Source of the DNA: Elusimicrobiota bacterium
GTDB taxonomy: Bacteria; Elusimicrobiota; Elusimicrobia; Elusimicrobiales; UBA9959
Length of the DNA: 13,059 nucleotides
Direction: 5' to 3'
Assembly (NCBI GenBank): GCA_037137395.1
Contig: JBAXKK010000075.1
Span: 1-13,059, forward strand
Shown here: one piece after another, positions 7,672-13,059 of the stretch
Layout: every line of letters begins with the position of its first letter
Position numbering within the stretch: the first letter of the stretch is position 1
Position numbers and translations under genes: made by a program
The notes under the pieces: model-generated
What the model saw: only the letters and a program-made list of their open reading frames with translations
What the model was told of the DNA's origin: nothing
Database searches by the model: none

Positions 7672-8048
7672 CAAAGCAGGAAGCTCAACTGGACCAATTT
7701 AAAAAAGCCTTGGCCCGCCTTAATGAGGCCCTTGCCGCTCCCAAAAGCGATATCGTGCGCGACTCAGCCATACAGCGCTTTGAATTCACCATAGATATGG
7801 CCTGGAAACTGGTAAAAACCTGCCTTGAGGAAAAATACGGCGTTGTGTGCCAAGCCCCCAAAGAATGCTTCAGGGAGGCTTATAAGCAAAAACTGCTTGC
7901 CTACGACGAATTCTGGCTGGAACTTATAGATATGCGCAACCAAACCTCACACACATACAAAGAAGAGGTGGCCCAAAGCGTATTTGAACGCCTCCCCAAA
8001 ACCGCCGGGTATATGGCGGCGCTTGTGAAGGCCATAGAGGGGAAATAG
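7668..8048 (+). CDS. HI0074-family HEPN protein (nucleotidyltransferase substrate-binding subunit / putative RNase toxin)
   Basis: RDSAIQRFEFT, PKECFREA and RNQTSHTY (Rx4HxY). Confidence 0.9.
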   Translation: MTKQEAQLDQFKKALARLNEALAAPKSDIVRDSAIQRFEFTIDMAWKLVKTCLEEKYGVVCQAPKECFREAYKQKLLAYDEFWLELIDMRNQTSHTYKEEVAQSVFERLPKTAGYMAALVKAIEGK

Positions 8049-8052
8049 CCGC

Positions 8053-8088
8053 GCTTTACTGGTAATTAAATATACTGTCCCCGGAATT
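8053..8088 (+). repeat. Conserved junction site, copy C
   Basis: GCTTTACTGGTAATTAAATATACTGTCCCCGGAATT begins a few nt after the HEPN stop codon. Confidence 0.9.
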
Positions 8089-8112
8089 TCAGCGGAGTCA
8101 AGTTTCAAGACC

Positions 8113-8142
8113 TGACCCCCTACATATGTGACCCCCTACATA
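8113..8142 (+). repeat. 14-bp direct repeat TGACCCCCTACATA
   Basis: Copies at 8113-8126 and 8129-8142, preceded by CAAGACC. Confidence 0.85.
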
Positions 8143-8196
8143 GAAATAGTTCATATGGAAATTTTAAGAGACGCAGTAATGCTGCGCAAACTATAA

Positions 8197-8237
8197 AATA
8201 TATGTATAATAAACATAATGTTTATTATACATATATT
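8197..8237. promoter_or_regulatory. Perfect 41-bp palindrome overlapping a TATAAT (putative operator/promoter)
   Basis: AATATATGTATAATAAACAT-A-ATGTTTATTATACATATATT; TATAAT at 8205-8210; RBS GAGGTG at 8238-8243 follows immediately. Confidence 0.75.
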
Positions 8238-8248
8238 GAGGTGTATTA

Positions 8249-9622
8249 ATGAAACTTCACTTTCTTGACAGAACCGGCGAACAAAAACGACTGGCGCGCG
8301 CCCTTAGCGCGGACGGCGGCGTCCTGGCGGTTGTCTATGGCCGCCGGCGCTGCGGTAAGTCAACGCTTATCCAGCGCGTTGTCGGTAATAGCGGCGTATA
8401 TTACCTTGCCGATCAAAAAGAGACCTCGCTGCAGCTGCGTGACCTCGCTGTGGAAATTGACAGGCTTATCCCCGGTTTTTCCCGCGCGACCTACTCCGGT
8501 TGGGACGCGTTATTGTCAACTCTTAACAGCCGGCTTCCCGGGAGCATTTCGCTGTTTCTGGATGAAGTCCCATACCTGGTACAGCTTTCCCCGGAACTGC
8601 CCAGCATACTGCAGAAGTACATAGACCAGCCCGGCGCAAAAAAAATCAATCTAGTCCTGTGCGGCTCCTCGCAAAGAATGATGCACGGCCTTGTAATGGA
8701 TAAAACCGCCCCGCTGTACGGCAGAGCTGTTGAGATACTTAAAATCACGCCGCTTAACGCGGGGTGGATCCGCCAGGGTCTTAAGCTGAAAGCCGTTGAG
8801 GCTGTAGAGGCTTTTTCCGTATGGGGCGGGGTGCCCCGTTACTGGGAGTTGGCCGCGCAATTCGTTAAACTTGAGACCGCCATAACCGAACTTATCCTGG
8901 ACCCCAACGGCGTCCTGCATGAGGAACCTATGCGCCTGCTTATGGATGACATGCGCAGCGCGGTGCAGCCTTATTCACTGTTATCGGTTATCGGCCAGGG
9001 CTGCCACCGCCTGTCTGAAATAGCCGGCCGTCTGGGCAAACCCTCCACCAGCATCCTGCGTCCTCTTCTACAGTTGGTGGACCTTGGTTATGTCCGCCGC
9101 GAAACGCCCTTTGGCGAGAACAGCAAGTCAACCAAGCGAGCTCTCTATAAGCTGGATGACCCGTTCCTTATTTTCTATTTTAAATTCCTCCAGCCCAATA
9201 AATCGCAGTTGGAAATCCGCGCCATCTCCTCGGTTATGACTAAAATCCGCGCGCAGTTTCAACAGCATGTCTCCGGCATCTGGGAGGAATTAGCCCGCGC
9301 AAGCGTTCCCGCCTGCTCGATTGACGGCTGTGAGTGGGGGGCGGCCAAGCGCTGGTGGGGGGTGGGCATAGACGGGACCATGGTGGAAATTGACGGTGTT
9401 GCTGAGTCTTTGGACGGCAAGGCGCTGCTCGTTGGCGAAGCTAAATGGAGCGATGCCCGATTACCGATAGTCGAACTAAAAGATATGCTTTTGGCTAAAG
9501 CCAAAAACTGCGCGTTTGCGCGTGGGCGCAGAATAGTGCCTGTAATCTGGTCTAAACATGTCTATAAAAATACCGGCGTCCATGTTTTAACCCCCGACGC
9601 CGTGCTTGATTGCCTGCAATAA
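8249..9622 (+). CDS. Archaeal-type ATPase (ATPase_2-like) with wHTH and C-terminal DUF234-like PD-(D/E)XK domain
   Basis: FLDR, Walker A YGRRRCGKS, Walker B FLDEVPYL, LCGSS, LYGR, GGVPRY, DPFLIFYFKF and EIDGVA...GEAKW. Confidence 0.9.
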   Translation: MKLHFLDRTGEQKRLARALSADGGVLAVVYGRRRCGKSTLIQRVVGNSGVYYLADQKETSLQLRDLAVEIDRLIPGFSRATYSGWDALLSTLNSRLPGSISLFLDEVPYLVQLSPELPSILQKYIDQPGAKKINLVLCGSSQRMMHGLVMDKTAPLYGRAVEILKITPLNAGWIRQGLKLKAVEAVEAFSVWGGVPRYWELAAQFVKLETAITELILDPNGVLHEEPMRLLMDDMRSAVQPYSLLSVIGQGCHRLSEIAGRLGKPSTSILRPLLQLVDLGYVRRETPFGENSKSTKRALYKLDDPFLIFYFKFLQPNKSQLEIRAISSVMTKIRAQFQQHVSGIWEELARASVPACSIDGCEWGAAKRWWGVGIDGTMVEIDGVAESLDGKALLVGEAKWSDARLPIVELKDMLLAKAKNCAFARGRRIVPVIWSKHVYKNTGVHVLTPDAVLDCLQ

Positions 9623-9659
9623 CCCGTTCCCGGGTGTTCTCGCAGTTTTGACCGTTAAT

Positions 9660-9960
9660 GTGAAGCGTAAATAGGCAATCGTAAATCGTAAATAGTAACC
9701 AATCTCTATTCTGCTTATGGCCTAAAGCTTATGGCCTATGGCATAGTCATTAAGCGGAAAGCGTAAAGCGTAAATAGTAAGCAATTCTGCAAATGGCCAA
9801 TGGCAAATGGCAGTTTTTTCTGCTTATGGCCTAAATCGTAAAGCGGAAAACGTAAAGCGTAAATAGTAAGAAGTCTTTATTCTGCTTATGGCCTAAAGCC
9901 TATAGCTTATGGCGTAGTCATTAAGCGGAAAACGTAAAGCGTAAATAGTAAGAAGTCTTT
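9660..9960 (+). repeat. Heptamer repeat array 4
   Basis: Four A blocks each ending GTAAATAGTAA, with linkers and B/C blocks; the last linker runs into junction-site copy D. Confidence 0.93.
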
Positions 9961-9996
9961 GTTTCATTGGTAATTAAATACTCCGGAGGGGTCCCC
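9961..9996 (+). repeat. Degenerate junction site, copy D
   Basis: GTTTCATTGGTAATTAAATACT, then CCGGAGGGGTCCCC. Confidence 0.6.
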
Positions 9997-10013
9997 TTCC
10001 GCCGTCCTGCTTT

Positions 10014-10022
10014 TGCTATAAT
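10014..10022 (+). promoter_or_regulatory. Extended -10 promoter for a leaderless mntA transcript
   Basis: TG-C-TATAAT, 6 nt before the ATG at 10029, with no SD sequence. Confidence 0.7.
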
Positions 10023-10028
10023 ATTTTT

Positions 10029-10322
10029 ATGACTTTTTATGATATTAAAAGCAGGATTATACCGGTATTAATAAGGCAAGGCGTGCTTAAAGCGGCGCTT
10101 TTCGGCTCTTTTGCCCGCAATGAAGGCGGCAAAAATAGCGACATTGACCTGCTTGTAAAATTGGGGAAGAATAAAACCCTGCTTGACCTGGTCACCTTGA
10201 AACTAGAGCTTAAATCAAAACTTCGCGTGAAAGTGGATCTTTTGACTTACGATTCAATAAATCCGCTGCTAAAAAGCCGTATTCTGAAAGAACAGAAATT
10301 GATATATGAAAAAAGAGCCTGA
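10029..10322 (+). CDS. mntA: Minimal nucleotidyltransferase (MntA-type) antitoxin
   Basis: LFGSFARNEGGKNSDIDLLV and KVDLLT. Confidence 0.9.
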   Translation: MTFYDIKSRIIPVLIRQGVLKAALFGSFARNEGGKNSDIDLLVKLGKNKTLLDLVTLKLELKSKLRVKVDLLTYDSINPLLKSRILKEQKLIYEKRA

Positions 10323-10653
10323 GATATTTGTCAAACATATACTTGATAGCATCGTGGAAATTGAAAGACACACTCTCAAGATATCCTTGCCGGATTTCCT
10401 TAAATCAACGCTGATTCAGGACGCGACAATACGCAGATTGGAAATAATAGGCGAAGCCGTAAAGAAAATACCAGCCGAAGCCCGCTCTTCCGCAAAGGAT
10501 ATACCCTGGAAGCAGATAGCAGGCTTGAGAGATTTATTGATCCATGAATATTTCGGAGTGGATTTACGGCTTGTGTGGAAAGTTGTAATAAAAGATTTGC
10601 CGGATTTGAAGAAAAACATGCTTAAACTCCTAAAAGAGTTAGATTCTAACTGA
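10306..10653 (+). CDS. hepT: DUF86 HEPN RNase toxin (HepT-type)
   Basis: DATIRRLEIIGEA and IPWKQIAGLRDLLIHEYFGVD (Rx4HxY); overlaps mntA. Confidence 0.92.
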   Translation: MKKEPEIFVKHILDSIVEIERHTLKISLPDFLKSTLIQDATIRRLEIIGEAVKKIPAEARSSAKDIPWKQIAGLRDLLIHEYFGVDLRLVWKVVIKDLPDLKKNMLKLLKELDSN

Positions 10654-10688
10654 TATACCGCGGTTGTGAAATTTAAAGGGGGGAGCTC

Positions 10689-10844
10689 ATGAACTCGCAA
10701 TTACAGGGAAATAGGTCGGATTCAGACGAAATTGATTTGTTTGAGATATGGGCCAAGATTAAGCCCGTGGCTGGGCTTCACTTGTCCCCGGAATTCCCGG
10801 CTTGTAAAATATTACGGATGAACGGCACAGGGGCAGGGGCCTGA
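10689..10844 (+). pseudogene. Truncated wzz 5' remnant
   Basis: Strong SD (GGGGAG) and a 51-aa ORF MNSQLQGNRSDSDEIDLFEIWAKIKP... carrying the Wzz N-terminal DEIDL motif but no TM1; Wzz-like sequence stops at junction-site copy E. Confidence 0.7.
10773..10800 (+). repeat. Junction site, copy E (internally deleted)
   Basis: GGGCTTCACT joined directly to TGTCCCCGGAATT, lacking the central GGYAATTAAATATAC, and followed by CCCGG. Confidence 0.75.
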
Positions 10845-10891
10845 CGGCGACCGGGCGGGTAAGCGATTCCAATGTTTTAAGGAGTTATAGA

Positions 10892-11905
10892 ATGATAAAT
10901 CAAAATCAGAATTATAATCAGGAAATAGATTTAGCCGAATACGCCGCGGTGTTGGTAAAGCGCTGGAAATTGGTTCTGGCCGTTTTTCTGACGTCCGTTA
11001 CCGCGGCCGCGGTGATTAATTACAGGGCGCCTAAAGTCTGGAATATTTCAATGATTATCGAACCCAGTATGCTGCCTGACGCCTTTAGCGGCAGTTTGCC
11101 CGCTGCCAAATTGTTGGACACGCCCGGCAATATTAAGGCCAGGATAGATGCCGGCAGCTTTGATGTCAATGTGGTGAATGCTTTGCGGTTGACGCCTTAC
11201 TACGATGTGCGATTAGAGGTGTCCCTGCCCAAACTTTCCACATTTTTAATACTCAGCATTAAAAAGCCGGAGAACGAGAAAGAGCTTGGTGTCAGGATCT
11301 TGGATCGGTTTTTTAACGAACTTACCGCTTTCTACAGGGAAACAGTTGATCTTAAAAAGGATGCCGTGGGCCTGCAGATTTCTATTACCGCCAATAGCGT
11401 AAAAAGTAAGTATGACTCAATAAAAAGACTGGGGGAAAATCTTAAAATAATCGAAGCGCGCGAAATTGAGCTGCTGGGCGAGCTTAAAGAGACCAGGACC
11501 AATACGGAACAATTACTGGCTAAAAAAAACCTGCTTCTTGAGAGCAAAGCCCAGGGAGATGACATTTCCTCTCTGTTGTATTTAAACACCATACAGCAGA
11601 ATATGGCCTATTTTAATCAATTGAACAATCAACTGGCGGACAATAAAACAAAAAAAGAAACCGTGGTGGGCTCCGTCAAAGAACTGCAGACCGATATCAG
11701 CAACCTGGGCATTGAGATCGAAAAGCTGACGGCTGCCAAAGCCGGCATCCGCAATCTGGTTATGATCCAGAAGCCGGAAATCTCGACCAGGCCGGTGGGG
11801 CCGCGCAAGGCCCGCAATATTTTGCTTGCCGCTGTTTTGGGGCTGTTCGGCGGCGCCATCCTGGCATTTTTTATCGATTTTGCAGGTAAATGCGGAAAGC
11901 CTTAA
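10892..11905 (+). CDS. wzz: Polysaccharide chain-length determinant (Wzz / PCP family)
   Basis: SD AAGGAG; N-terminal QEIDL plus TM1, a coiled-coil periplasmic region, then proline-rich PEISTRPVGPRK plus glycine-rich TM2 (LGLFGG). Confidence 0.9.
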   Translation: MINQNQNYNQEIDLAEYAAVLVKRWKLVLAVFLTSVTAAAVINYRAPKVWNISMIIEPSMLPDAFSGSLPAAKLLDTPGNIKARIDAGSFDVNVVNALRLTPYYDVRLEVSLPKLSTFLILSIKKPENEKELGVRILDRFFNELTAFYRETVDLKKDAVGLQISITANSVKSKYDSIKRLGENLKIIEAREIELLGELKETRTNTEQLLAKKNLLLESKAQGDDISSLLYLNTIQQNMAYFNQLNNQLADNKTKKETVVGSVKELQTDISNLGIEIEKLTAAKAGIRNLVMIQKPEISTRPVGPRKARNILLAAVLGLFGGAILAFFIDFAGKCGKP

Positions 11906-11997
11906 CCTGAAATTTCAGGTGAAGTTTTCCGCCAGTAGTCCGGCGTGGTGAGACGCGTAAATAACCAAGAAACAAAGCAACGTCCCCCCAAGACACA

Positions 11998-12026
11998 TTG
12001 CTTTTAGTGCAACTATATGCTATGTT
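11998..12026 (+). promoter_or_regulatory. Putative sigma70 promoter (near-leaderless)
   Basis: TTGCTT, 17 bp spacer, TG-C-TATGTT; ATG at 12036 is 9 nt downstream with no SD. Confidence 0.6.
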
Positions 12027-12035
12027 GTAAGTCAT

Positions 12036-13059
12036 ATGGTTAAAAGAAAATACTGGCGGGATTTAATACATAAAGCCTTTTCCAGGCGCCCCATAGTCTG
12101 GCTGTCCGGCATACGGCGTTCTGGTAAGACCGTGCTTTCCTCCGGTTTTCCCGGCGCCGAATACTTTGATTGCGAACTTCCCAGGGTACGGGCCATGCTT
12201 TCGGACCCGGAAATGTTTTTAGCGTCAAAAGCCGGAAAGTTGCTTGTGCTTGACGAAATCCACAAGCTGGATAACCCGTCTGAAATACTGAAAATATCCC
12301 ACGACCACTATCCGACAGTTAAAATAATAGCCACCGGTTCGTCCACGCTATCGGCTTCGGCTAAATTTAAAGATACGCTCACCGGCAGAAAAACGGAAAT
12401 CAGGCTTACGCCGATGAATTCCCGCGATTCACGGGATTTCAAGATTATTGATTTAAACCGCCGTCTTCACCGCGGCGGCCTTCCGCCATTTATACTTTCT
12501 GAGACCTACCCGGAAAAGGATTATCAGGAGTGGCTTGATTCATATTGGGCCAGAGATGTGCAGGATATGTTTAAGCTTGAAAAAAGGTCGGCTTTCCTTA
12601 AATTCGTTGAACTTGTCTTCGCGCAAAGCGGTGGAATATTTGAGGCCTCAAAATTTGCCGCCCCTTGCGAAATTGGCCGCGCTACCGTTGCCAATTACCT
12701 TTCAGTCCTTGAGGCAACCGGAGTGGCATGCCCGGTGCGCCCTTTTTCAAGCCGCCTTGCCAACGAAATAGTGACAGCGCCTAAAGTATACGGCTTTGAC
12801 ACTGGTTTTCTGTGTTTTTTTCGAGGTTGGGACACGCTGCGGGAAGATGATAAGGGGATTTTGTGGGAGCATCTGGTTTTAAACGAGATGCTTAGCGTGC
12901 TTCAAACCACGGATATTAACTACTGGCGCGACAAAGCCGGGCACGAAATTGATTTTGTGCTTAAAAAGCGCGGCCGGCCTCCTCAGGTCATAGAATGTAA
13001 ATGGAAATCTTCCAAGTTTGATTGCGCGGCCCTGCGCGTCTTCAGGCGGCGCTATCCTC
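12036..13059 (+). CDS. AAA_14-type ATPase with C-terminal DUF4143-like domain (3' partial)
   Basis: Manually translated, open to the window end: MVKRKYW...GIRRSGKT (Walker A), VLDEIH (Walker B), ATGSS, LTGRK, GGLP, PKVYGFDTG and YWRDKAGHEIDFV...IECKW. Confidence 0.9.
   Translation, partial: MVKRKYWRDLIHKAFSRRPIVWLSGIRRSGKTVLSSGFPGAEYFDCELPRVRAMLSDPEMFLASKAGKLLVLDEIHKLDNPSEILKISHDHYPTVKIIATGSSTLSASAKFKDTLTGRKTEIRLTPMNSRDSRDFKIIDLNRRLHRGGLPPFILSETYPEKDYQEWLDSYWARDVQDMFKLEKRSAFLKFVELVFAQSGGIFEASKFAAPCEIGRATVANYLSVLEATGVACPVRPFSSRLANEIVTAPKVYGFDTGFLCFFRGWDTLREDDKGILWEHLVLNEMLSVLQTTDINYWRDKAGHEIDFVLKKRGRPPQVIECKWKSSKFDCAALRVFRRRYP

Noticed and set aside
3846..9960. Heptamer arrays as a CRISPR array
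   Set aside because: There is no constant 23-50-bp repeat with unique spacers, linkers are 8 or 14 nt and recur, and no cas genes are present.
4067..10800. Junction sites as classical integron attC sites
   Set aside because: There are no RYYYAAC...GTTRRRY ends or long imperfect palindrome, and no integrase in the window.
10853..10866. ops/JUMPstart-like GGGCGGGTAAGCG upstream of wzz
   Set aside because: It does not match GGCGGTAG exactly and lacks the JUMPstart context.
909..12771. Minus-strand and nested alternative-frame ORFs in the track
   Set aside because: All overlap well-supported + strand genes and lack recognisable motifs.

Overview
All credible genes lie on the + strand. The window is a surface-polysaccharide (O-antigen/capsule-type) locus with a GT2, a GT4, a Wzy-like polytopic membrane protein and Wzz. 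It is interleaved with accessory conflict modules: four nucleotidyltransferase-based toxin-antitoxin pairs (AbiEi/AbiEii, a MenA1/MenT1-like pair, MNT + HI0074-type HEPN, MNT + DUF86 HEPN) and two ATPase + PD-(D/E)XK-like genes, the second running off the window and absent from the ORF track. The non-coding DNA is highly structured. Four heptamer-repeat arrays follow a strict block/linker grammar. A recurring, always co-oriented ~35-bp site (GCTTYMCTGGYAATTAAATATACTGTCCCCGGAATT) sits at module junctions, twice downstream of a conserved extended -10 promoter. One copy of the site is split by a 197-bp IS4-like MITE with an 11-bp target duplication, and another coincides with the break point of a truncated wzz remnant. 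Together these suggest, as inference only, a cassette-accumulating, integron-like or REP/Y1-transposase-like gene-shuffling system acting in a polysaccharide locus. No recombinase is encoded in the window.
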